A stretch of 57,165 bases of DNA from a virus. Its lineage: Duplodnaviria; Caudoviricetes. Location of the stretch: IMG/VR virus record IMGVR_UViG_3300046006_000628, positions 1 through 57,165 of that record. One strand, given 5' to 3'. The translations under genes and the position numbers were made by a program. Numbering within the stretch: the first letter of the stretch is position 1; the number at the start of each line of letters is the position of its first letter. Shown here piece by piece: positions 1 through 8,897 of the stretch. Under the pieces are notes generated by a model that saw only the letters and a program-made list of their open reading frames with translations, had not been told where the DNA came from and did not search any database.

Positions 1-127
1 CTATGACGATGGTCGTGGTGGTGTGCTCTGTATGGACGACGCCTCTCAGGCTCAGGCTGACATTCAGAAGGTGCTGGCCAACATCTGCCAAGCCCGTAAC
101 CTCCACGGGGTGCCTATCGCTGACAAC
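1..127. repeat. 127-bp exact terminal overlap with 57039-57165 (circular assembly)
   Basis: ctatgacgatggtcgt...cctatcgctgacaac is identical at both contig ends, and the AAA+ reading frame continues across the join. Confidence 0.95.
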
Positions 128-748
128 TGGACTGTCATCTCCACTGGTAACAGGCAGTCTGACCGGGCTGGGGCCAATAGGGTCCTGTCACATCTGGCTG
201 ACCGTCAGACCACGCTGGAGTACGAGACACACCTCGATGACTGGTCCAGCTGGGCCCTTACTAACGGGGTCAAGACCGAGGTGGTGGCCTTCATTAGGTT
301 CCGGCCCGGTCTGCTGCATGACTTCGACGCCAGCCGTAACAAGAACTCCACGCCTCGTGGCTGGGTCGAGGGTGTCAGTAACGTGCTGGGTGTAGTGCCG
401 GCCGAGGCTGAGTACGAGTGCTTCAAGGGTGCCGTCGGTGAGGGTGCTGCGGCTGAGTTCGTGGGCTTCATCAAGATATACCGCAAGCTGCCTAACCCTG
501 ACGCTATCCTGATCAACCCCGACACGGCAGAGGTGCCGACCGATCCCGCTACGCTCTACGCTCTGTCTGGTGCCCTCTCCAGCCGCATCTCCAACGCCAA
601 TATCGACCGTGCGGTGACTTACCTGACCCGCTGCCCGGCTGAGTTCTCAGTGCTGGCTATGTCTATGGCTGTCCGCCGTGACCCCGGCGTCACCTCGACC
701 AAGGGCTTCATTGACTGGTCAATTCGTCATCAGAGCGTTCTGTTCTAG
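2..748 (+). CDS. MoxR-like AAA+ ATPase, C-terminal part (gene starts at 56794; ~330 aa when joined)
   Basis: Walker B VLCMDD, TGN sensor, TPRGW motif; in frame with the Walker A GPPGGGKT at the other contig end. Confidence 0.88.
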   Translation, partial: YDDGRGGVLCMDDASQAQADIQKVLANICQARNLHGVPIADNWTVISTGNRQSDRAGANRVLSHLADRQTTLEYETHLDDWSSWALTNGVKTEVVAFIRFRPGLLHDFDASRNKNSTPRGWVEGVSNVLGVVPAEAEYECFKGAVGEGAAAEFVGFIKIYRKLPNPDAILINPDTAEVPTDPATLYALSGALSSRISNANIDRAVTYLTRCPAEFSVLAMSMAVRRDPGVTSTKGFIDWSIRHQSVLF

Positions 749-750
749 TC

Positions 751-779
751 TTGTTATTGATACAGGACTGATGTAGTAT
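751..779 (+). promoter_or_regulatory. Putative sigma70 promoter for the HNH gene
   Basis: TTGTTA-N17-TAGTAT, followed by AAGGAGG RBS. Confidence 0.45.
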
Positions 780-803
780 ACATGCCATGCAACCAAGGAG
801 GTC

Positions 804-1376
804 ATGATGACTGTCGCCGAAAGTAACAAGCGCCGGGCTAAGCATGGCATGTATAAGTCCAAGGTTTACCATGCGTGGCAGACCATGCGTGACCGCTGCA
901 ATAACTCTAACAACGCCCGCTTCCACCGGTACGGTGGGCGTGGGATCACAGTATGTGATAGGTGGCATGAGTTCGATAACTTCTACGCTGACATGGGGGA
1001 TGCCCCCCATGGTACGTCTCTCGACCGTATAGACACGGATGGTAACTATGAGCCGTCCAACTGTCGGTGGGCTACGCCTAAGCAGCAGAGCAACAACACC
1101 TCTACCAATACGCATGTCACCTACAACGGTAAGACGCAGACGCTTGCGGAATGGGCGGCTGAGCTAGGCATACCATACAGCCGGATCGTCTATCGCCATG
1201 CCCGTGGCTGGACCCCGCCGGAACTGTTCAACGATGATAACCTGAAGGGGAAAACAGTGAAGCACCTAGTCGAGTACGAGGGGGAGATGATCCCCCTTAA
1301 GGAGGCGTCGCAGCGCAGCGGTGTCCATATGCAGACGCTCTACTGGCGGATGCGAGTAGGTAAGGACCTGTTCTGA
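804..1376 (+). CDS. HNH-family homing endonuclease
   Basis: YGGRGITVCDRW...SLDRIDTDGNYEPSNCRWAT motif; C-terminal 'TLAEWAAELGI' DNA-binding repeats. Confidence 0.85.
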   Translation: MMTVAESNKRRAKHGMYKSKVYHAWQTMRDRCNNSNNARFHRYGGRGITVCDRWHEFDNFYADMGDAPHGTSLDRIDTDGNYEPSNCRWATPKQQSNNTSTNTHVTYNGKTQTLAEWAAELGIPYSRIVYRHARGWTPPELFNDDNLKGKTVKHLVEYEGEMIPLKEASQRSGVHMQTLYWRMRVGKDLF

Positions 1377-1597
1377 TGCGATCTCTTACCAGCTACCTGC
1401 GGCTGATTGGGGTCCTCACACCAGAGGAACTCGGTCGGCTTGCTAAGGAGTGGCATGAAGAATCACATCCCAGCGGGCAGATGAAGTGGCCCGATAAAGT
1501 ACGGTCCTTCGATGCCTTCATGAGGCAGCGCTACCCCAACGAGTTCCTGCAATACAAAACCTACACCCGACTGATGGGTGGTACACACAAGGAGTAA
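1376..1597 (+). CDS. Hypothetical protein (73 aa)
   Basis: TGATG coupling to the upstream gene; ends TYTRLMGG. Confidence 0.7.
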   Translation: MRSLTSYLRLIGVLTPEELGRLAKEWHEESHPSGQMKWPDKVRSFDAFMRQRYPNEFLQYKTYTRLMGGTHKE

Positions 1598-1600
1598 GAC

Positions 1601-1960
1601 ATGGACTGGAACTACAGAATGGTGAACATGCCGTCCAAGAACGGTGGTGAAGATTGGTATGAGTTACAAGAGGTTACCTACGACGACGATGGTAAGCCGG
1701 ACGGTCATGCTGACACTGGTCACATCGGTAGTGAGACGCCTGAGGGTGCCCTTAAGGTACTCAAGTGGGTAGCTGATGGCTGCTCTCTGCCGCCGCTGCA
1801 TGAGGATGACTTCAACAAGGGGTCTGCATTGGTGGACTTCATGGCTAGTATGGCAGCGCAGGTCGTAGTCATCAGCGAGGTCGCAGCCTGTGAGGGCTGC
1901 GGTAATACACTCAACGATGGCTCTGACATCTGCGACCAGTGCGGGGGGGAGTTCAAGTAA
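1601..1960 (+). CDS. Phage hypothetical protein with C-terminal Zn ribbon
   Basis: AAGGAG RBS; WNYR...EVTYDDDGKP N-terminus; CEGC...CDQC. Confidence 0.75.
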   Translation: MDWNYRMVNMPSKNGGEDWYELQEVTYDDDGKPDGHADTGHIGSETPEGALKVLKWVADGCSLPPLHEDDFNKGSALVDFMASMAAQVVVISEVAACEGCGNTLNDGSDICDQCGGEFK

Positions 1961-2283
1961 TGCCCACCTTTCAACTGACCTTGGCCCATGACGTCAGTGT
2001 CTACGGCACTGTCGAGGTCGAAGCTGAGAACTACGCTGCCGCTGTAGAGCAGGCGCGTTCTGAAATCACGGCCAGAAAGCACTGTATGTGGGACGACATC
2101 ACTGACATGGACTGGTCCACTAGCTATGAGTTCCGGGTCGTGGACATCTACTCGATAGACGACGAGGGCATGAGTCAAGAACCCCTCATGAGGAACATCA
2201 CGCTCACTGAACCCGGCGAGTCCATCCCCCTTAGTGCAGAAGAAGTGCTGGCTAGTGTCACCGCTGCCCGTATCGCAACATAA
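1960..2283 (+). CDS. Hypothetical acidic protein
   Basis: TAATG overlap with the upstream stop; ends TAARIAT. Confidence 0.7.
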   Translation: MPTFQLTLAHDVSVYGTVEVEAENYAAAVEQARSEITARKHCMWDDITDMDWSTSYEFRVVDIYSIDDEGMSQEPLMRNITLTEPGESIPLSAEEVLASVTAARIAT

Positions 2284-2298
2284 ACAAGGACTTACACC

Positions 2299-3165
2299 AT
2301 GACCACACATCTCTCCGACCGTGCGCTGCTGGTGCAGCTTAACGTATCCCAGTGGACAGCACGCAAGCTGGACAAGAAGGCCACCCGCGAGGTGGCCGAC
2401 GCCAACTATGCCAGCCGTGACGCTGGTAACTACAACAAGAAGCTGCTGCCCATGAGCGACAGCTTGGCTAACATCCACACCATGACCGGCGACATCCGGA
2501 AGGAGTTCTACACCAACACCCTGCCGTGGGGGCTGGAGAATACCCACATGCTGCCGACCTCTAACTACCTACAGTTCATGACGACGTTCCGTAAGCGCAA
2601 GTCGGAGTGGGAGACTGCGGTGCGTAAGTTCCTCGTAGACTACCCGTCTCATCAGATCACAGCGCAGCGCTTCCTTGGTAACCTCTACAACCACGAGGAT
2701 TACCCTGACGTCAGGGACCTACAGCGCAAGTTCAACATGGACCTCGTGGTTCTGCCTGTCCCGACTAATGACTTCAGGGTGCAGCTTGCTGACGATGAAC
2801 TGTCCAGCATCCATGCTGACATCGAACGGCGGATCGAAGAAAGCTCTGGGCTGGCTATGAAAGAGGCTTGGCAGAGGCTTTACGACCGGGTTAAACATAT
2901 GGTCGAGCGCCTTGCTAAGCTCGACGATCCCAAGTCTCGCTTCCATGAGAGCACGTTGGAGCACGTGACTGAACTGTGTGCCATCCTGCCTCGACTGAAC
3001 TTCACTGACGACCCGAACCTCGAAGCGATGCGGCAAGAGGTAGAGGGTAAGCTGGCTGGTCTGAGCAAGGATGCCGTGGTCAATGACCCTGTGTTCCGCC
3101 AGACCAAGATCGACGAGGCCAACGACATCATGGCCAAGATGGGTAGCTTTATGCAGGGCGCTTGA
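2299..3165 (+). CDS. DUF3150-like protein, partner of the AAA+/vWA module
   Basis: LLVQLNVSQWTARKLDK, TLPW, YPD, LNFTDDPNL motifs recalled from this family; located between the AAA+ and vWA genes. Confidence 0.7.
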   Translation: MTTHLSDRALLVQLNVSQWTARKLDKKATREVADANYASRDAGNYNKKLLPMSDSLANIHTMTGDIRKEFYTNTLPWGLENTHMLPTSNYLQFMTTFRKRKSEWETAVRKFLVDYPSHQITAQRFLGNLYNHEDYPDVRDLQRKFNMDLVVLPVPTNDFRVQLADDELSSIHADIERRIEESSGLAMKEAWQRLYDRVKHMVERLAKLDDPKSRFHESTLEHVTELCAILPRLNFTDDPNLEAMRQEVEGKLAGLSKDAVVNDPVFRQTKIDEANDIMAKMGSFMQGA

Positions 3166-3190
3166 CGGGGTTAGACAGTTAGGTTAGGGT
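3162..3190 (+). promoter_or_regulatory. Putative sigma70 promoter for the second HNH gene
   Basis: TTGACG-N17-TAGGGT. Confidence 0.45.
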
Positions 3191-3219
3191 GCTCTATCAA
3201 GAACACCCGGGGTATCGCC

Positions 3220-3696
3220 ATGCTGACCGTCGATTATCTTAACACGCTGTTCGAGTATAGAGACGGCGCATTGTATCGCCGTCTGTCTCGGGGTCCGCAA
3301 AACGCAGGTGTTCGCGCAGGGACTAAGACTGCGAAGGGGTACATACGTATACGTGTCGATGGTACGTTCTATATGGAGCACAGGCTGGTGTTCTTCATGC
3401 ACCATGGTAGGTGGCCTAGTGTTACTGATCATGTCAACGGTGTCAGAGATGATAACCGTATAGATAATCTACGTGAATGCAGTCACATACAGAACGCGTA
3501 CAATGCACGAGGTAAGGGTACTAGAGACTTACCAAAAGGCGTACACTACCACAAGAAGCGCGGTAAGTACGTGGCCTATGTATCGGTGAACGGTAAGCGT
3601 ATAAATGTAGGTGAGTTTAACACGGCAGACGCTGCCGTGGCAGCAGTAGAACATAAACGTACAGAGTTCCACGGCGAGTTCGTCAAACACCAATAG
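3220..3696 (+). CDS. HNH endonuclease with AP2-like C-terminal domain
   Basis: HRLVF...DHVNGVRDDNRIDNLREC...N; KGVHYHKKRGKYVA...HGEF; lower GC than flanks. Confidence 0.88.
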   Translation: MLTVDYLNTLFEYRDGALYRRLSRGPQNAGVRAGTKTAKGYIRIRVDGTFYMEHRLVFFMHHGRWPSVTDHVNGVRDDNRIDNLRECSHIQNAYNARGKGTRDLPKGVHYHKKRGKYVAYVSVNGKRINVGEFNTADAAVAAVEHKRTEFHGEFVKHQ

Positions 3697-3707
3697 GAGT
3701 AATACAT

Positions 3708-4835
3708 ATGCAGTCTCTTGATACCCTCAAGACGAGGCTGGCCAAAGCGAAGACGTCTTTGGTACTTGAGTACCCATTCATAGGGTCCATCGCCCTTGGT
3801 ATGCCGCACTCCTACCAAGAAGGCATCGGTACTGCCTGCACCAATGGCAAGCGGGTGCTCTATGATCCCAAGTTCGTGTCCGATCTGAGCGACGACCAGC
3901 TTAAGTTCCTCGTGGCTCATGAGTGTATGCACCCCATGCTGGAGCACAACTTCCGTCGGCAGTCCCGCAATCCGCAGAAGTGGAACAAGGCTGCTGACTA
4001 CGTCATCAACCAGCTGCTGACCGACGAGGGCATCGGTGCCTTCATCGAGGGTGGTTGCCTCAACAAGGACCTGTACACTGCCGGTGAGGGTATGTCCGAG
4101 CAGATTTACAACCTGCTGCCTGACGATGAGGGCGATGGTGAGGGCAATGGTCCCGGCGGCACTGGCATGGACCTCGAAGACGGTGAGGGCACCGCTACTG
4201 ACCAAGCGCAAGCGGCTGCGGAGTGGAAGGTCAAGGTAGCTCAGGCTGCACAGGCTGCCAAGATGATGGGTAAGCTGTCTGCTGGCATGGCCCGGCTGGT
4301 CGATGCTATCCTCAACCCCACTGTGGACTGGCGCGAGGCGCTTCAGAAGTTCGTGGTCAAGCACAAGACCGACGAGCGCAGCTTCGCACGGCCCAACCGT
4401 AGGTTCCTGTCACAAGGGCTCTACATGCCAAGCCGGACGGGTGAGATGATGGGTCCGATGGCCTTCCTTGTGGACTGCTCAGGCTCTGTCGATGACGAGC
4501 AGCTGGCTCAGATGGCAGCAGAAATCCGCACTGTCCATGAGGACCTGCGTCCCGAGAAGCTGCACGTTGTCTACTTCGACAGCAGCGTGTCTCACTACGA
4601 GTGCTACGGTCCGGATGACAGCCTCGACATCCGCTTCCATGGTGGTGGCGGCACTGATGTGTGCGCTGCCTTCGACTACCTCGACGACGAGGGTTACTCT
4701 AACGATGTTGTGTGCACGGTGGTCCTGACTGACGGCTACACCCCCTACCCTGATGGCTCTACGACCCCGGTCATCTGGGCCATGACAACAGACCACGTGG
4801 CCCCCTTCGGTGAGCACTGCCGGGTGAGGGTCTGA
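3708..4835 (+). CDS. DUF2201-like putative metallopeptidase with vWA domain
   Basis: TACTNG, HECMH (HExxH), MIDAS DCSGS, GGGGTD, LTDGY. Confidence 0.88.
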   Translation: MQSLDTLKTRLAKAKTSLVLEYPFIGSIALGMPHSYQEGIGTACTNGKRVLYDPKFVSDLSDDQLKFLVAHECMHPMLEHNFRRQSRNPQKWNKAADYVINQLLTDEGIGAFIEGGCLNKDLYTAGEGMSEQIYNLLPDDEGDGEGNGPGGTGMDLEDGEGTATDQAQAAAEWKVKVAQAAQAAKMMGKLSAGMARLVDAILNPTVDWREALQKFVVKHKTDERSFARPNRRFLSQGLYMPSRTGEMMGPMAFLVDCSGSVDDEQLAQMAAEIRTVHEDLRPEKLHVVYFDSSVSHYECYGPDDSLDIRFHGGGGTDVCAAFDYLDDEGYSNDVVCTVVLTDGYTPYPDGSTTPVIWAMTTDHVAPFGEHCRVRV

Positions 4836-5182
4836 TGGTAGACTTCCCCGAGGGCTACGGCTTTGCACCCAACGAGAGCAAGTGGCTGATGCAGAGCCAG
4901 TTCGTGGTGAGTGTAGGTGTGTATGAGAGTAGGACCAACCCCTACTACAATAACCCCAACCTCAATAACCCCACCATATACAGGAGTAAGGTTAAGGGTG
5001 GGTCACCTTACTCGTTCGCACCCTTCGGGCGCGTAGTTAAGAACGACGAGCAACAGCTGTACGGTTACATGTTATCAATACACACGCCGCCGGCTAAGTT
5101 CAGCGGCACACTACAAGAGATATGCACAGCTATGTGCACTGTGCACAGGCTAACAGGGGTGGGAACAGGGGTGAAAACATGA
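4835..5182 (+). CDS. Hypothetical protein
   Basis: TGATG coupling to the vWA gene; lower GC; ends TVHRLTG... Confidence 0.65.
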   Translation: MVDFPEGYGFAPNESKWLMQSQFVVSVGVYESRTNPYYNNPNLNNPTIYRSKVKGGSPYSFAPFGRVVKNDEQQLYGYMLSIHTPPAKFSGTLQEICTAMCTVHRLTGVGTGVKT

Positions 5183-5439
5183 TACCGAACGAACTTCTCG
5201 TGGCTATGGCAGCGCTGGTACTGGCTGCTATATGGATAGTACGACAAGAACTGAAACTTAAACACATGGACAGTATCTGTGACGACGCAGTCGATGCGTT
5301 GGAGAAAGCACACAAGACAGTAGATATGTACCAGCAGGTACTATCGGACGTGGCTATTGGACAAGCAACACTGGAGGTAACGACAGATGGTTACATCATC
5401 GCAACGCACATCGCTTTTGGAAAAATACAGATACATTAA
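5179..5439 (+). CDS. Hypothetical protein with N-terminal TM helix
   Basis: ATGA overlap; LLVAMAALVLAAIWIV hydrophobic stretch. Confidence 0.65.
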   Translation: MIPNELLVAMAALVLAAIWIVRQELKLKHMDSICDDAVDALEKAHKTVDMYQQVLSDVAIGQATLEVTTDGYIIATHIAFGKIQIH

Positions 5440-5998
5440 CGTCGAGTTCGACAAGTGGTGGGACTGTGTCGAGGCTGAGTTCAAGGAGGATATGAAGGAG
5501 GTCGGTATCTACGTCGATCGGATACACTTCTCTGGCTTCTCCTGTCAGGGTGACGGTGCCTGCTTCGTAGGTAAGCTGGACAACCCGCAGGTCTACCTCG
5601 ACCATCACCACAAGGATCAGTACCCTATGATCCGCAAGCTGTTGGAGAATGGCGGCTCGATCTACACCAGCTGCAAGCAGACGGGGAACTACTACCACGA
5701 GAACAGCGTCGAACTCTGGATAGACCACGACCTGCTGCACGCAGTGATAGACCAACCGACCGAGTTCCACGTCGAGGTGGTTGAGGCGTGGGACAAGCTG
5801 CTCGATGTTGAGATGACAGACTTCGACACGGACATGACTGAGCAGTGGAAGACCTACATGCGGGACCTCTACCGCAAGCTCGAAGCTGAGTACGACTACC
5901 TCACAAGCGAGGATGCTATATGGGACACGATCGTAGCTAACGAGTTGGACACAGACGCAGACACACATGACACAGAGGAACTTAACTATGCAGCTTGA
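5387..5998 (+). CDS. Conserved acidic phage protein (FSGFxxQGDGAxF motif)
   Basis: FSGFSCQGDGACF; YRKLEAEYDYLTSE; D/E-rich. Confidence 0.75.
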   Translation: MVTSSQRTSLLEKYRYINVEFDKWWDCVEAEFKEDMKEVGIYVDRIHFSGFSCQGDGACFVGKLDNPQVYLDHHHKDQYPMIRKLLENGGSIYTSCKQTGNYYHENSVELWIDHDLLHAVIDQPTEFHVEVVEAWDKLLDVEMTDFDTDMTEQWKTYMRDLYRKLEAEYDYLTSEDAIWDTIVANELDTDADTHDTEELNYAA

Positions 5999-6740
5999 TT
6001 CATATGCGAAGGCACAAGACCTGTTCGGCAAGGCCCGCAATGGGGCGAAGGGCAAGCCCGTTGGTGGTAAGTGGCGGCTGTTCCAAGACGGTGACGAGTA
6101 CGCGCTCTACTGCCAAGGCCAGATATTCGGTAGGTTCCTGCCCAACAATACCTTCAGGTTCTGCTACGACCCTGCCGCATACATGACACCGATGGTCTAC
6201 ACTTCGCACCGTGTCCTCCCTGTCGCCGTCGTCCGCCGCAGCAAGGGGCACTACCGTTTGCATGTCAAAGACAAGGGCACCGAGGTCTACCCGCAGACAA
6301 ACGGGTTCAAGCTCTACGATGGGATGGTGCTGGACCTGAGCACCCGCTTCATGGTTGGCTACGCAGAGCCCAAGATGGTCGTAGACCCTGATGCCCGGAC
6401 AGTGTGGCTGCGCCAGCTGCGTGCCACCAAGCGGCATCTCCACACCATGGCTAAGCTCGGTGCCTTCACTGCCATGATCGAGCAGATCGCAGCAGCGGAC
6501 GAGCCTCGGTGGGCAGTAGGTCCCAACCTGCTGCGTCCTATTACGGCCGACCTTCACATCATGTCCCAAGCACTGGATGGCAAGCGCATGGATATGTTCA
6601 ACGAAATGGTGGCCAAGAGCATGTTCGTCAACCTCTACAGCAGGGCCGACGTGGGGGCACAGCGGGAGCACATCGACGCCATCTTCAACACCAACAGCCT
6701 AGAGCTTCGTCGCATCCGCGGCGTAGTTGAATACAAGTAA
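5988..6740 (+). CDS. Hypothetical early protein
   Basis: GAGG RBS; long ORF with phage-typical codon use. Confidence 0.75.
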   Translation: MQLDSYAKAQDLFGKARNGAKGKPVGGKWRLFQDGDEYALYCQGQIFGRFLPNNTFRFCYDPAAYMTPMVYTSHRVLPVAVVRRSKGHYRLHVKDKGTEVYPQTNGFKLYDGMVLDLSTRFMVGYAEPKMVVDPDARTVWLRQLRATKRHLHTMAKLGAFTAMIEQIAAADEPRWAVGPNLLRPITADLHIMSQALDGKRMDMFNEMVAKSMFVNLYSRADVGAQREHIDAIFNTNSLELRRIRGVVEYK

Positions 6741-6751
6741 GGACACCTACC

Positions 6752-7351
6752 ATGAACGATACCCTCAAGATGATCCCGACCACGGCCACCATTGTGGTGG
6801 CTAACATCCTGCCTTCTGGCCCTGCCTTCGCCGTCCGACTGGACGACGGGGCCAACTGCTACATCCCTGTCAACGTGGCCCGGTCGATCAAGCTGACCGT
6901 AGGCAGTGAGTTGGAGGCCAAGCTGGTAGCCAACCGCTACCCTGACAAGGCTGACCGCACCCCTTGGCTGGCTGTCCATGTGGCACCGGTCAAGGTGCCG
7001 GTCCCCTTAGCTACCGCACGTCCTGTGCAGTACGCCATGCCCTTCGAGCAGTTCGACGAGGCGGCACCCACCAGTGCCTTGCAGGTATCAACCTACGACA
7101 AGGTGCGTGCTGTCATGAAAGAGGGCGGGGTGTGGACACTGGCTGCCATGTTCGAGGAAGTCTTCCCGGGTAGGACCCGGGGTGACGGGCTGGCCGACTA
7201 CAACGCTGTGTCTGCTGCCCTGCGTAAGATGTTCGCAGACAACGAGGCTTCCAAGTTCTCCTTCTGGCGCACGTCAGAGCAGGTCAAGCCCGGACGTGAC
7301 TGGTTCACCTGCTACCCTGACCGTGCTGACGTCGATGAATGGGAGGCGTGA
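6752..7351 (+). CDS. Hypothetical protein (possible OB-like N-terminus and winged-helix-like C-terminus)
   Basis: AAGGA RBS; fold guess from pattern only. Confidence 0.7.
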   Translation: MNDTLKMIPTTATIVVANILPSGPAFAVRLDDGANCYIPVNVARSIKLTVGSELEAKLVANRYPDKADRTPWLAVHVAPVKVPVPLATARPVQYAMPFEQFDEAAPTSALQVSTYDKVRAVMKEGGVWTLAAMFEEVFPGRTRGDGLADYNAVSAALRKMFADNEASKFSFWRTSEQVKPGRDWFTCYPDRADVDEWEA

Positions 7352-7354
7352 GCC

Positions 7355-7738
7355 ATGGTAACTGACGAGACACTGCCGCCCACCCTTACCCTCGACCAGC
7401 AGATCGAGGAGTTGGCAGGACAGGGTATGTCCATGAGGCAGATCGCAGCCTTCACCTTCCAGCCTTTCATGGTGATCAAGGGTAGGGTGTGCAGGCTGCG
7501 GCGTGCGGGGTCGATACCCTCAGCGCGTGCCAGCAAGAGCAAGATGGCAAGCGGCAGCCACACCCTTACTGCGATGCGGCTCGGGTACGGTATCCGGACA
7601 GGCTCTATGGCTGACGTCGCCGCGATGCTGACCACGGAAGAGATCAACTGGGTACAGGACAACGTGCCGAAGGGAGCCACACTCGCAGACTTCATAGCCC
7701 TCCTGATACGGGACGCGGCAGCAGAGGATAGTATGTGA
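7355..7738 (+). CDS. HTH protein with GcrA-like N-terminus
   Basis: LAGQGMSMRQIA...VIKGRVCRLR resembles the GcrA HTH (G.SASQIA...VIGKVHRL). Confidence 0.55.
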   Translation: MVTDETLPPTLTLDQQIEELAGQGMSMRQIAAFTFQPFMVIKGRVCRLRRAGSIPSARASKSKMASGSHTLTAMRLGYGIRTGSMADVAAMLTTEEINWVQDNVPKGATLADFIALLIRDAAAEDSM

Positions 7739-8019
7739 TGACAGACAACGTAGTAGAGATGCCCGATGTGCACATGGGCTATGCACGGGCAAGGGAAATC
7801 CTGCGCAACACCAACGACTATGAACTGGACACAATCGACGCAGCCTTTGAGGTCCTGATCCATAGCATACTTAAGGAAGACCAGCTGCTGTGCGAAGCGG
7901 CAGTGGATGCCATGTGGGCAGTACCAAGGCCGAACATAACTACCATCATCGTGGTCACATCCTTCATGGCTGTGGCCGCAGTATCTCTTATCGCAATCCT
8001 TTCGGAGTTACTCAAATGA
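7738..8019 (+). CDS. Hypothetical membrane-anchored protein
   Basis: C-terminal hydrophobic helix IIVVTSFMAVAAVSLIAIL. Confidence 0.65.
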   Translation: MTDNVVEMPDVHMGYARAREILRNTNDYELDTIDAAFEVLIHSILKEDQLLCEAAVDAMWAVPRPNITTIIVVTSFMAVAAVSLIAILSELLK

Positions 8020-8384
8020 AATACCTCTTTCTTCTCCTACCCTTGGCAGCCTGTGGCACACACGTTGAGCGCTGCTTGGTAGTGCCGCCACCTTACGACT
8101 GCGTTGCCAGCGGTGGCTCTGACCAGCTGTTCAGAACAGGTATCACACCGCGGCCGGACCCCAAGCCCACACCTGACCCGGCACCCAAGCCCGAGCCTAC
8201 ACCAGACCCGAAGCCCACGCCTGACCCAGAGCCTGATCCGAAGCCTGATCCGAAGCCCGACCACGATGACGACAAGGACCACGACGATGATCGGGACGAG
8301 CATGATGACGACGACCACGATGACGATCGGGACGACAAGCACGACAGGAAGCACGACAGGAAGCGGGGGCATGACGATGACTGA
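8016..8384 (+). CDS. Lipoprotein with Pro-rich linker and His/Asp-rich tail (122 aa)
   Basis: MKYLFLLLPLAAC lipobox; PDPKP repeats; DHDDD repeats; GGAG RBS. Confidence 0.75.
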   Translation: MKYLFLLLPLAACGTHVERCLVVPPPYDCVASGGSDQLFRTGITPRPDPKPTPDPAPKPEPTPDPKPTPDPEPDPKPDPKPDHDDDKDHDDDRDEHDDDDHDDDRDDKHDRKHDRKRGHDDD

Positions 8385-8739
8385 TGAACTGGTGACAGAA
8401 GCCCGCAAAGGAGGCCCTTGTGCCGAACTCGGCAACCGGTGTCGGGTAATTGAAGCTGCCAGCGGATGCTTTTGTGCGGCTGTCGCCGACCGCATCGAAG
8501 TCCTGACGGCACAGCTTCAAGTCAGCAATGAACTTGGCAGGGCATTGGAAGAAGACGCGGGTCAGCTTCGGGAAGACAACGCGCGGCTGAAATCGGGTTT
8601 GCGTCACATCGTGACATATGTGGCCGAGCCATCTGACCTCGACGGGGACACGATCAATGCGCTGCGGTGCGATCTGCGCTTTGTCGGACGAGTTGCCCTC
8701 GCCGCCCTCAACACCGGAAAGGGGGAGAGCCATGACTAA
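8377..8739 (+). CDS. Hypothetical coiled-coil protein
   Basis: ADRIEVLTAQL...LREDNARLK...ALAAL pattern common in phage accessory genes. Confidence 0.65.
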   Translation: MTDELVTEARKGGPCAELGNRCRVIEAASGCFCAAVADRIEVLTAQLQVSNELGRALEEDAGQLREDNARLKSGLRHIVTYVAEPSDLDGDTINALRCDLRFVGRVALAALNTGKGESHD

Positions 8740-8896
8740 GCGCACCATCATGGTGACCAACAGGAACAACATGAACTCCCTCGACGGGCACCTTGGACAG
8801 GTAGCGGTCAGCGTGCCGCTACTACCATGGGATGATCCGGACCCTGAGCCGCCACCCCTACCACCCCCACCGCCTCGTGTGTTCAACGGCAAGTGA
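8732..8896 (+). CDS. Small Pro-rich hypothetical protein
   Basis: GGAG RBS; overlap with the upstream gene; VSVPLLPW motif. Confidence 0.55.
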   Translation: MTKRTIMVTNRNNMNSLDGHLGQVAVSVPLLPWDDPDPEPPPLPPPPPRVFNGK

Positions 8897-8897
8897 C

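Noticed and set aside
1-127. Terminal repeat as a biological direct terminal repeat
   Set aside because: It falls mid-gene and its length matches a common assembler k-mer (127); real termini are more likely near the 53.6-55.3 kb control region
8150-8384. CRISPR-like or non-coding repeat array
   Set aside because: The repeats are in-frame codon repeats for PDPKP and DHDDD with no unique spacers; the Cas4-like gene is a stand-alone phage exonuclease
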